This document shows, piece by piece, positions 16,164-24,397 of a stretch of 32,000 nucleotides of DNA. This DNA is from Cylindrospermopsis raciborskii Cr2010. Lineage in GTDB: Bacteria > Cyanobacteriota > Cyanobacteriia > Cyanobacteriales > Nostocaceae. The notes beneath the pieces are model-generated. The model worked only from the letters and a program-made list of their open reading frames with translations, made no database searches and was not told the origin of the DNA. The position numbers and the translations under genes were made by a program. Location of the stretch: NCBI RefSeq assembly GCF_003367075.2, contig NZ_CP065936.1:780001-812000 (forward strand), written 5' to 3'. The stretch's first letter is position 1. Every line of letters starts with the position of its first letter.

Positions 16164-17972
16164 ATGAAAATACAAGTTAGATTATCGGGAAAATTTGAAA
16201 GATTGCTATTAAATGCAACACAAACTACATCCGTATCCTTGAATTATTTAATTCAAGAAGTACAAGCGATATCTACCAAATATCAGAGAAGAACACCTGA
16301 ATTGTTACGTCACTCTTTCGGATTAGATTTTATCCCAGAATCGGTTTTAATTAATTTGTGCAAACAAAGTCGTGGTGCTATGAGAGCAAGTGATATTTAC
16401 CAAGTACCAGCTCTGAAATTGCTCAAACATATAGACTCTCAATTAAATGATCGAGATATTCAGGAATATGCTTATAATTTTGTCTGCGAGGAAGGAAGCA
16501 TTAGTTTAACAGCAGAAGATACACAAATTCCTATTTTTTCTGGTGCTGTTTGTGAACAAATGGGAAATTACCTCCTGACCTTACAAGAATCTGATTACCC
16601 AGGGTTAAACTCAGATTTTATCCAACTACTATGGAATACATCTGAAGATTATTGGCACAATTTACCTGATTTGGAAAAAATTAATTATGCTTTGAAATCT
16701 CATGATTTAAATAATTTCTTTCTTAATTTTGACTGTCACCTATCTAATAATAATTTTCAACAAGTAAAAATTTGGATTTCCATAGAGGAATTACCCCTGA
16801 GATTAAGATCTGCTATTACATTCCTAGGATTTAGTAGTAAAATACAGGAAGATTATATATCAAACTTAACTACAGATGTTCAGTTACTAGTTGATCAATA
16901 TGTGTCAACATACCAACATCAACCCATAGGGTTACCTGATGAAATACAACCAAATCCCTCACATGGGTCTCAAATTAGTTTTGTAATCGATAGTGGTAAA
17001 AATCGGAGAACTATCCACCAAATTATTGACCAAGCAAGTGAGTTTTTACTAGTTTCTAGTTATATTATTGAGGATGAGAACTTAACGGAATTAATTTGTC
17101 ACAAGTCCGCAAAATTACCTGTTTATATATTAACAGATTTAAACAATGAACTTTTAGACCGCATTGATGAACAAATATCAGATTCTATGGTCATACCCGA
17201 ACAATATCAAATAACCGATGAACGTAAAAAATCTTGTTTGAGAATGGTGCTGAGTGAGAATATACCTATTCGCAGTGGTGCTTTTCATTTAAAAACCTAT
17301 ATTTCGGAAAAAGCTGCTTATCTGGGATCCTGTAATCTGACTCGTCGCAGTTTGGACTTTAATACAGAAGCTGGAATAGTGGTTAGTAATAATTCTCAGC
17401 ATGAACACCTAATTAGTTATTTCCAAAACTTTTGGTATAATCACAGTAAAAATGAGGTTATACCTGATGCTAATAGTGATGGGTTTAGGTTGCGCTCCGT
17501 TATTTATCCTCATCAAAGAAAATATAGAAAAAATCATGACAACTTTTTGACATCAGCACAATATCAGCAAGATTTGATAGAAAACCTGCGCAATTTTCCC
17601 CAAAATGAACAGATCAGAATTTATACTCGTAGTTTTCAACCATCTAGGGAAATAGCAGGTTATCTCGGTGCATTAAATACGAGGGTTTTTATTGATTCGA
17701 GTGCGTCTATGAGATATGAAAACTTCTATAGGAAGAGCTTTAATGTTCAGAATATTCGCAAGATTGATAATCTCCATGCTAAGATTACTATCTTAGGGGA
17801 TAAAATAGCTTACATTGGGGGAATTAATTTTAATTTCAATATTGATTTTATTTTCCATAATAATCCTAACTTGAATCATTCAAATTTACATGATTTGATG
17901 TATAAAACTACCAATAAAATGGAAATTAACGAAATCATTGATAGACTAGAAAATCTAAATTTAAAAATCTAA
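16164..17972 (+). CDS. Phospholipase-D-family (double HKD) nuclease with an uncharacterised ~270-aa N-terminal region
   Basis: The first HKD motif is FHLKTYISEKAAYLGSCNLT (H375, K377, GSxN 388-391). The second is LHAKITILGDKIAYIGGINF (H538, K540). Each is preceded by the usual beta-alpha PLD scaffold (EFLLVSSYIIED...LPVYILTD). The gap to the upstream gene is 14 nt. Confidence 0.8.
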   Translation: MKIQVRLSGKFERLLLNATQTTSVSLNYLIQEVQAISTKYQRRTPELLRHSFGLDFIPESVLINLCKQSRGAMRASDIYQVPALKLLKHIDSQLNDRDIQEYAYNFVCEEGSISLTAEDTQIPIFSGAVCEQMGNYLLTLQESDYPGLNSDFIQLLWNTSEDYWHNLPDLEKINYALKSHDLNNFFLNFDCHLSNNNFQQVKIWISIEELPLRLRSAITFLGFSSKIQEDYISNLTTDVQLLVDQYVSTYQHQPIGLPDEIQPNPSHGSQISFVIDSGKNRRTIHQIIDQASEFLLVSSYIIEDENLTELICHKSAKLPVYILTDLNNELLDRIDEQISDSMVIPEQYQITDERKKSCLRMVLSENIPIRSGAFHLKTYISEKAAYLGSCNLTRRSLDFNTEAGIVVSNNSQHEHLISYFQNFWYNHSKNEVIPDANSDGFRLRSVIYPHQRKYRKNHDNFLTSAQYQQDLIENLRNFPQNEQIRIYTRSFQPSREIAGYLGALNTRVFIDSSASMRYENFYRKSFNVQNIRKIDNLHAKITILGDKIAYIGGINFNFNIDFIFHNNPNLNHSNLHDLMYKTTNKMEINEIIDRLENLNLKI

Positions 17973-17995
17973 ATTTATTAAAGTAATTTAGAGAG

Positions 17996-18108
17996 TAAGT
18001 GGGTGGATGGAATTAAATATGAGAGGAACGTAGGTTGGGTTGAAGTATGAAACCCAACGCCCGCATGGGTTTAACCCATCCTACAAATAATTATGCCTCC
18101 CCACATAA
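17996..18108. repeat. Nested repeats: copy 2 of the 8918-type palindromic element, interrupted by a ~61-bp two-hairpin MITE-like element (18030-18090)
   Basis: The outer arms GTAAGTGGGTGGATGGAATTAAATATGAGAG (from 17996) and TTATGCCTCCCCACATAA (18091-18108) match 8918-8962. The inner GTAGGTTGGGTTGAAGTATGAAACCCAACGCCCGCATGGGTTTAACCCATCCTACAAATAA contains the stems GTTGGGTT/AACCCAAC and ATGGGTT/AACCCAT, closed by GTAGG/CCTAC. Confidence 0.75.
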
Positions 18109-18164
18109 TTTAGACCAGGTTCAAAAAAACACAAAAATTTAAAATCAGTAAGGAACAGGAAAAT

Positions 18165-20594
18165 ATGCCTAGATTATTTAATTTACAATCTTATTTTGAT
18201 GCTTGTGAGTATACTTTTTTAGTGAAGGAGGAATCTGATATAGTTCCTCAATCGAGTAGAGACTACAAATCGTTTCTGGATAAATATTCTAATTATCCTT
18301 ATTTAACTGCACCAATAGGTAATAATTTTCTTGCTTCTGAGTTAACTATTAATTCCCAGGAGTTAAATTTCCTATCTATGGGAACTGAACTAAGGGGAGG
18401 AGATAGGGAGCGTTTATTTATCATTAGTGATACTTTAGATTTAATGACCCTGAGTATGAGGTATGGTCTGGGATCTACGGACGGTTATTTATATAGCAGT
18501 GCTTATCATTATTGGAGTCACCGGGAAGCAATAGTTGAAAGACACCTATATAACCCCTCCCCCAAACCATTTAAACCACTAGTATTTATTGATTTCGATA
18601 GTTTTGATATTTCTAGTTTACTTCCAGTTACCTTTATACAACCAGAAAATAGTCCCTACCAAATTCCTATTCTTGATACTAGACATCAGATATCTTTACC
18701 TAGTGTATGCAATTCTCAAGCAACATATTTACGGGTATGTTATTCCATAGCTGAGTTTTTATTACAGCAGCAATTCCCTCAATTATCTACAAATCAGGAA
18801 AGCATTAACCACCTGGGTGATTATTTACGCAAGATTAATTTTTTCAGATTTGTTCAATCTCAAATTGCTCAAGAGTCTATAAGTTTGATTATCGAAGTAG
18901 ACCATGACCACCAAATTTTTTATAAACGAATCACTGTACTTACACTCGATATTGCTAATATTGTTTATCAGCAAATTCAACCGGATATTAACCTTGTCAA
19001 TCAACTTGCTATCCAGTATCCCCAATACCAGTTTGTCTTAATCAGTCAATATAACATTTTTGAGAAAATTTCCTACCTACATTTATCTAACTTTATTTGT
19101 TTCACACCTCAAATCCAAAGGTTTTCAGAGATATGGATCCAAAAAAATCAGCTAGGGTTTCCCTTGTTTGGAATTTATTTAGATCGAATTGAGTTCGCTA
19201 TAGCTATTGATAACCAGGAAGTATGGATTGAGTTATCTGATGAAAAAGATGCTATTTCTTATGAAGGTAAGCTTACAGTCTTAACAGGAAGAATAGCTAG
19301 TAGAGATCAAGACTTTGTGAGAATTCCCCGTGGTAGAAATAGTGCTAATTTACCAATTAGAGTCAATGGTTCTGATTACTCTATCAATGGTGTTCCCCAA
19401 GATTACAGAATTGATATTGAAAACTATCACAATCATCACAGCAACCAAAATGATCAAGAAGTCTTAGTACAAATTCTGTTTTATCTACAACCAGGATCTT
19501 TTCCTAGACTGGAAGTTAAAGACTTGCAAAACCAATATACTATTAAAACTAGTTTGGTCAACAGGGTTAATGTCTCTTATAGCTACATCCCCCCCTCCAG
19601 AATCAGTGAAAATCGTCAACAAAGATCTCTGTCTCAAATTAGACGTTTGAGCGCAAGTGTAGCTCTTGGAAATTTTATGAATTCTTTAAATCAAATCTCT
19701 CAAGTAAATGTCATTAATAGTCGAACTTACGAACAACTAAGTACAAGTTTCAGACAAGCTTATCAACACTTAGGACAGAAACCGAATCCTGATTTGCTAC
19801 AATTTATCGAGGTTTCATCCATTGAGGATGAGGAGATTGTTACAGGGTTGAAACGAAAATTAACAAATTCTCAATTTGACACAGTAATTGATTTTATGAT
19901 TACCACGACTAATCAATATCTAAGACAGAATAGACCTGTAATTTATCACCAGAAAAATTTGCTGATTAATGCAATAATTCTTACTGGTAAATTATATCAA
20001 TTCTCACAATTTATATGTTCACGAGATATGTCAGATAGTTTATTTTCTGACTCCCAGGTGAAATTAATTATTGACAATAGTGGAAGGGACAAAAAAGTGT
20101 CAAATGAGTATTTACAGTGTTTATCAAGAATTGCTGTAACTGAACAACTACAACAAAGATATTTTCAATTATTTGACTTACAATATACATCTGAAACAAG
20201 TCAATACTTGTGGGGGTATGGCAGAATTTTACTTTGGTATTATGATTTTAATAATCCTTCTAACACCTTATTAACTTCTCGTCTATACCTGGAACATTTT
20301 ACAAAAATTATCAACTATTTACTAACTAGACATTATAAAGATTTTGAGTTCCAATACAAACAGAATGCTTTTTTATCTCTTATTTACTTGCTAACTTTTT
20401 GCGCTTATGATGCAAATTTCTGCCGCCCAAATTCAGCAGAATTTCACCTAGCCTTGAGAGTTATTGACAAATTTCAAAATGATAGGATTATTTTGAAAAC
20501 AATTAGTTCTGAAAGACCATTAAATCACTATTTTCAGGAGTTGATTGAAGGACGTTCAACAGAAGATGGCATAGCTAATCTGCTTCAGGGTTAA
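18165..20594 (+). CDS. Large orphan protein (809 aa), function unknown; probable fifth gene of the island
   Basis: Long uninterrupted ORF with an ATG start preceded by AAGGAACAGGAA. Its AT-rich codon usage matches the four upstream genes. I recognise no NTPase, nuclease or protease motif. The C-terminal ~300 aa look alpha-helical and repeat-like. Confidence 0.7.
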   Translation: MPRLFNLQSYFDACEYTFLVKEESDIVPQSSRDYKSFLDKYSNYPYLTAPIGNNFLASELTINSQELNFLSMGTELRGGDRERLFIISDTLDLMTLSMRYGLGSTDGYLYSSAYHYWSHREAIVERHLYNPSPKPFKPLVFIDFDSFDISSLLPVTFIQPENSPYQIPILDTRHQISLPSVCNSQATYLRVCYSIAEFLLQQQFPQLSTNQESINHLGDYLRKINFFRFVQSQIAQESISLIIEVDHDHQIFYKRITVLTLDIANIVYQQIQPDINLVNQLAIQYPQYQFVLISQYNIFEKISYLHLSNFICFTPQIQRFSEIWIQKNQLGFPLFGIYLDRIEFAIAIDNQEVWIELSDEKDAISYEGKLTVLTGRIASRDQDFVRIPRGRNSANLPIRVNGSDYSINGVPQDYRIDIENYHNHHSNQNDQEVLVQILFYLQPGSFPRLEVKDLQNQYTIKTSLVNRVNVSYSYIPPSRISENRQQRSLSQIRRLSASVALGNFMNSLNQISQVNVINSRTYEQLSTSFRQAYQHLGQKPNPDLLQFIEVSSIEDEEIVTGLKRKLTNSQFDTVIDFMITTTNQYLRQNRPVIYHQKNLLINAIILTGKLYQFSQFICSRDMSDSLFSDSQVKLIIDNSGRDKKVSNEYLQCLSRIAVTEQLQQRYFQLFDLQYTSETSQYLWGYGRILLWYYDFNNPSNTLLTSRLYLEHFTKIINYLLTRHYKDFEFQYKQNAFLSLIYLLTFCAYDANFCRPNSAEFHLALRVIDKFQNDRIILKTISSERPLNHYFQELIEGRSTEDGIANLLQG

Positions 20595-20607
20595 ATTCTC
20601 CTCTCAA

Positions 20608-20663
20608 TTATTTGTAGGATGGGTTAAACCCATGCGGGCGTTGGGTTTCATACTTCAACCTAC
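20608..20663. repeat. Inverted copy of the 18030-18090 MITE-like element
   Basis: TTATTTGTAGGATGGGTTAAACCCATGCGGGCGTTGGGTTTCATACTTCAACCTAC equals the reverse complement of 18030-18090 except for a 5-nt indel (CAACC) near one end. Confidence 0.8.
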
Positions 20664-20670
20664 ATTCATA

Positions 20671-20700
20671 TTCATCTTATAGCTGTAGCTATAAGATGAA
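20671..20700. other. Perfect palindrome (14-bp arms) between convergent genes; possible bidirectional terminator hairpin
   Basis: TTCATCTTATAGCT gt AGCTATAAGATGAA. It lies between the 809-aa gene stop (20594) and the sodB stop (20744). No adjacent U-tract on either strand. Confidence 0.35.
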
Positions 20701-20743
20701 CGCTTAAAAGCTCGAACTTTTTATTATTAATGTCTTATCAGAC

Positions 20744-21340
20744 TTAGCCTAAATTTGCAGCAGCAAATTCCCAGTTGGCTAAATTGTCCAAGAAGTTCTT
20801 GATGAATGCTGGACGCGCATTTCTAAAATCTATATAGTAAGCGTGTTCCCATACATCAATGGTTAAGAGTGGCTTTTTACCGTGTACTAAAGGGTTTTCG
20901 GCATTAGGTGTTTTGATTACCTTGAGTGTACCACCATCATCAACTAACCAAGCCCAACCACTGCCGAATTGAGTTGCTGCTGCTGTGGAAAATTCTTCTT
21001 TGAATTTGTCAAAGCTACCAAAGTCTTGACTAATTCTGTCTGCTAATACTCCGGTAGGGACACCGCCACCTGCAGGCTTAAGCGAATTCCAAAAGAAAGT
21101 ATGGTTCCAAACCTGTGCTGCATTGTTGAAAACCCCAGCTTTAGATGCATCTTTGAAGGAAATTTGAATTACTTCTTCAAGAGACTTATCCGCCAAATCT
21201 GTACCTTCAGTGAGCTTGTTTAGGTTATCCACGTATGCTTTGTGATGCTTACCATAATGGTATTCAAAGGTTTCAGCTTTCATGCCGTAACTTTCTAAAG
21301 CGTTAAAGTCGTATGGTAAAGGAAGCTGTGTAAATGCCAT
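20744..21340 (-). CDS. sodB: Iron superoxide dismutase
   Basis: MAFTQLPLPYDFNALE...FEYHYGKHHKAYVDNLN...AQVWNHTFFW...GSGWAWL...DVWEHAYYIDF shows the classic Fe/Mn-SOD metal ligands, and the AQVWNHTFFW context is Fe-type. Confidence 0.95.
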   Translation of the reverse strand: MAFTQLPLPYDFNALESYGMKAETFEYHYGKHHKAYVDNLNKLTEGTDLADKSLEEVIQISFKDASKAGVFNNAAQVWNHTFFWNSLKPAGGGVPTGVLADRISQDFGSFDKFKEEFSTAAATQFGSGWAWLVDDGGTLKVIKTPNAENPLVHGKKPLLTIDVWEHAYYIDFRNARPAFIKNFLDNLANWEFAAANLG

Positions 21341-21523
21341 TTTTTCAAATCCTCTCTTTATGGTTTTCCCGCGTGAGCTATTGTCCCACCTTGGCTAGAG
21401 AAATCCCAAGCTGTGTGGCCACTCGCACCAACTATAACAGAAATTATCAAAAAATACAATAACAATACAGGGTTGTAGAGAGTGAACACCAAATTTAATA
21501 AATTTGAAAGGATTCATGGAGTA

Positions 21524-21551
21524 TTGACAAGTGTGGCATAGGATGTATAAG
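21524..21551 (+). promoter_or_regulatory. Near-consensus sigma70-type promoter facing away from sodB
   Basis: TTGACA (21524-21529), a 16-nt spacer, then TATAAG (21546-21551), with TG just upstream. Sequence match only; no expression data. Confidence 0.35.
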
Positions 21552-21879
21552 ATATACACCATAAGGTGAATTAATGAAATGTAACGCAGTTTATCGATTG
21601 GATTGTAAACAGGCGATTGTGAAGCACTTGCACTCGCGTGCAGGATGCTATTAGTCCAGGTATAGGTCACTGTAGTCATAATTACTCACATGAGTATTAG
21701 TAAAACAATTATAGATGGAACGACTGAAAAGATGATCGCCTTTGTTTCAATATTTAAAACTGAAGATCTACCCTAGGATAGATGCGGAGATAAATTTTGA
21801 TGTATTATAGTGCTTTTGTTTACATTTTATGTAAGGGTTTTGTCTAAGGCTATAATTCCTTCCACTAGCTGAGAATACC

Positions 21880-22482
21880 TTGACTCTTTTACCTAAAAAG
21901 TACCAAGAAACAACATGTATTACCATTAAAAAAGGAAATGTTATTGTGAGAGTCTTGTTAATTTCTACCTTCCTTCTTTCCATAGGGATATTTAATCCAG
22001 CACTTGGTGGTTATAATTATGAGTTTGAGTATGATAGATTTAGTGATTCTAAGAAAGCTACTTTCCAGGCAAATATTGGCAGCGAGTGTAAATTACTTGT
22101 TTCTAAAAAGGGAGAACTGAGATATTGTAGTTTTTCCTACGAGGATCCAAACGAAGGAGGAGTTTACCCAGTGATAGCTGTAGGTACAAGCTCGGATGAT
22201 TGGGATATCACCGACAACGGAAAACCAACATTTTTAGATGATATAAATACCATAATTACCTATAATGATAACACAACATCCAGATTGAAATTGAAGGCTT
22301 CCACCCTAGGACAAGAGATAACTCAGTATAGCATTTTTGCCGAGGTGGTCATGGTTCATCTTGGTCAAATTTTAGATGAGTTAACTAACATTAGGCAAAT
22401 CGAATTTAAATATGGTTCAAATGAGTATTTATTCATTATTGACCAAAAATTACTAAAAAAGACACTGAACTTTGAAAAGTAG
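21880..22482 (+). CDS. Hypothetical secreted protein
   Basis: 200-aa ORF. The likely start is the GTG at 21946, after AAAGGA, which gives a signal-peptide-like N-terminus (M)RVLLISTFLLSIGIFNPALG. No known motif. Confidence 0.5.
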   Translation: MTLLPKKYQETTCITIKKGNVIVRVLLISTFLLSIGIFNPALGGYNYEFEYDRFSDSKKATFQANIGSECKLLVSKKGELRYCSFSYEDPNEGGVYPVIAVGTSSDDWDITDNGKPTFLDDINTIITYNDNTTSRLKLKASTLGQEITQYSIFAEVVMVHLGQILDELTNIRQIEFKYGSNEYLFIIDQKLLKKTLNFEK

Positions 22483-22513
22483 ATCTTCCTTCTCATATTA
22501 GTGAGCCAAAAGT

Positions 22514-22960
22514 ATGTGTCAATTTCTCATCAACGCTTTTCTTCTTCCGACGAACTTGATGATTTCAAATGTTGCGGAATACTGTTCTCCTAGTGAGTAC
22601 GTAAAAAACCAGGAGATGCAAGGTAAAATCAGCTCCGGACAGATTATCAGTCAATTGATAGCTCAAAATAAAAAAACCAGAATCAGATTTGCTAAGGGTA
22701 GTCTTTGTGGTTTTTATTCTGGAAATATCAGTCAAGGTAAAGAATTTGTACTTAAACTGGCGGGTGGACAACTATTTACAAGTAAGAATACAGGACAGGG
22801 GTCTATTCATCATATATACGTAATTGGACCAAAAGGACGCATTACGCCAAGGAGAGAAGCCACGAATACTCTTAGTTACTACATTCCCGTTTCCGGGGAC
22901 TATAGTGTCTATCTTAGGTCAGTGAATTCCTATAGTAATGTGGAGTTTTGTGCTTATTAG
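22514..22960 (+). CDS. Hypothetical protein
   Basis: 148-aa ORF in the same orientation as its neighbours. The start is uncertain because several internal Met codons exist. No motif recognised. Confidence 0.4.
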   Translation: MCQFLINAFLLPTNLMISNVAEYCSPSEYVKNQEMQGKISSGQIISQLIAQNKKTRIRFAKGSLCGFYSGNISQGKEFVLKLAGGQLFTSKNTGQGSIHHIYVIGPKGRITPRREATNTLSYYIPVSGDYSVYLRSVNSYSNVEFCAY

Positions 22961-23092
22961 AAATGTATGCTTACTTGACAAAAGTATCTTACTATAAATA
23001 AAGTAAGGGTAGATTGTCCGTAAAAGAGGTGAGGGTTTATGCAATAATTTTTTTCTATTAATACTCGTTGATACTAAAAAGGAGAGTCTAGC

Positions 23093-24397
23093 TTGGGTAA
23101 AATTGCACAAAAATCAACTAACTACCGAGTTAAGCGAGCAAAAAATAATAGCGTAACCGATGCCAAGTATTTAATACTTATCCTACTAAATAGTATAGTG
23201 GTGGGAGCAATTACCGGTTGGTTTTTCATGACTATTAAACCAGTCAAAAAATTCCCTACTACGCTACCAACTGGTCAAATTAGGAAAGAGGATTCATTGT
23301 TAAAATCCTCAATCAATTCACCACCGGTTAATTCTCCTACTCCAGCGCAATTAACCACACCCCCCATTTCTAATGGATTTAGTAGTTCTCCATTGCCAGA
23401 CAACACATTAGCTCCTAAAGATGTTAATCTTATCAATGGACTAGAAGGGTTAGAAGGTACAATAGAAAAGTTAAAAAATATTAAGGAAATACAAGATCCT
23501 GAACAGGGATTAGAACTCACAACCAAGCTAATAAATGATTTGAGAAAGTCTGAAAGATTAATAGAAACAGCCAAAAAGAACTATCCTGAATCATCAATTA
23601 ATCAACATTTAGATACTATCAAAACTTACCAGGAAATGGTTATTAAATGGCAGTACTATTTTCTGAGCAAACGGCAATTATCAAATCAGGTCATTCAATC
23701 CAATCAACCATTTAAACCGAATAAAAAAAGATCATTTATTAACCTTTCTCTTCAAAATAAAACCAATTTTCTTGGAGCTGTAAAAACAAAATTTATTTCT
23801 TTGACATTTGATGATGGGCCAACCCTGGAGTACACGCCAAAAATTGTTGCTATATTGCAAAAACATCAAGTAAAAGCAACTTTTTTTGTGGTCGGTAAAA
23901 GAGTAGCAAAAAACTGTGAAATTCTGAAAATGATTTATCAAAATGGTCATGAAATTGCGAATCATAGCTATACTCATCCAGTATTTACCCAAATTTCCCA
24001 ACCACAACAACGTAAAGAAATTATTGATACTCAAGAAAGTATAAACAAGTGTTTGGGTTTAGAATATCCTACTCAATGGTTCCGTGCTCCCTATGGACAT
24101 CAAAATGCACAGGTAGTAGAAACTATTGCGCAATTAGGGTTAAATAATGCCCAGTGGGTTGTTGACACTAATGATTGGCGAAAAACTAGTACAGTCGCCT
24201 CCATTAGCGATTCAGTAATTAAGGTCAAAAAACCGGGTGTGGTTTTAATGCATGATGGTTTTATGACTAATCCTAACCGAATTCATCCCCAAGAAAGCTC
24301 TAGTCGTCAAAACACAGTTGATGCTCTAGAACAAATAATTGTCAAACTAAAGAGTAGGGGATTTGAATTCGCTACTCTTAGTGAAACTATCAAGTAA
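23093..24397 (+). CDS. Membrane-anchored polysaccharide deacetylase (NodB homology domain, CE4)
   Basis: The TTG start is preceded by AAAAAGGAGAG. There is an N-terminal TM segment (ILILLNSIVVGAITGWFFM), a Pro/Ser-rich linker, then the NodB motifs TFDDGP, HSYTHP and RAPYG. Confidence 0.85.
   Translation: MGKIAQKSTNYRVKRAKNNSVTDAKYLILILLNSIVVGAITGWFFMTIKPVKKFPTTLPTGQIRKEDSLLKSSINSPPVNSPTPAQLTTPPISNGFSSSPLPDNTLAPKDVNLINGLEGLEGTIEKLKNIKEIQDPEQGLELTTKLINDLRKSERLIETAKKNYPESSINQHLDTIKTYQEMVIKWQYYFLSKRQLSNQVIQSNQPFKPNKKRSFINLSLQNKTNFLGAVKTKFISLTFDDGPTLEYTPKIVAILQKHQVKATFFVVGKRVAKNCEILKMIYQNGHEIANHSYTHPVFTQISQPQQRKEIIDTQESINKCLGLEYPTQWFRAPYGHQNAQVVETIAQLGLNNAQWVVDTNDWRKTSTVASISDSVIKVKKPGVVLMHDGFMTNPNRIHPQESSSRQNTVDALEQIIVKLKSRGFEFATLSETIK

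Noticed and set aside
18030-18090. tRNA-like or ncRNA reading of GGGTTGAAGTATGAAACCC and the neighbouring hairpin
   Set aside because: There is no cloverleaf, no acceptor/CCA context and no anticodon arm. An inverted second copy at 20608-20663 shows that it is a dispersed repeat.
21395-21983. Minus-strand ORFs of 94 aa (21395-21679) and 71 aa (21768-21983) between sodB and the next gene
   Set aside because: They have odd Cys/Trp/His-rich composition, no ribosome-binding site and no motif. The second overlaps the start region of the + strand gene. I treat the region as non-coding or leader (see the small-ORF finding).
22565-24034. Antisense ORFs 22565-22771, 22919-23110, 23275-23574 and 23732-24034
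   Set aside because: They are shadow ORFs opposite better-supported + strand genes, including the NodB deacetylase.
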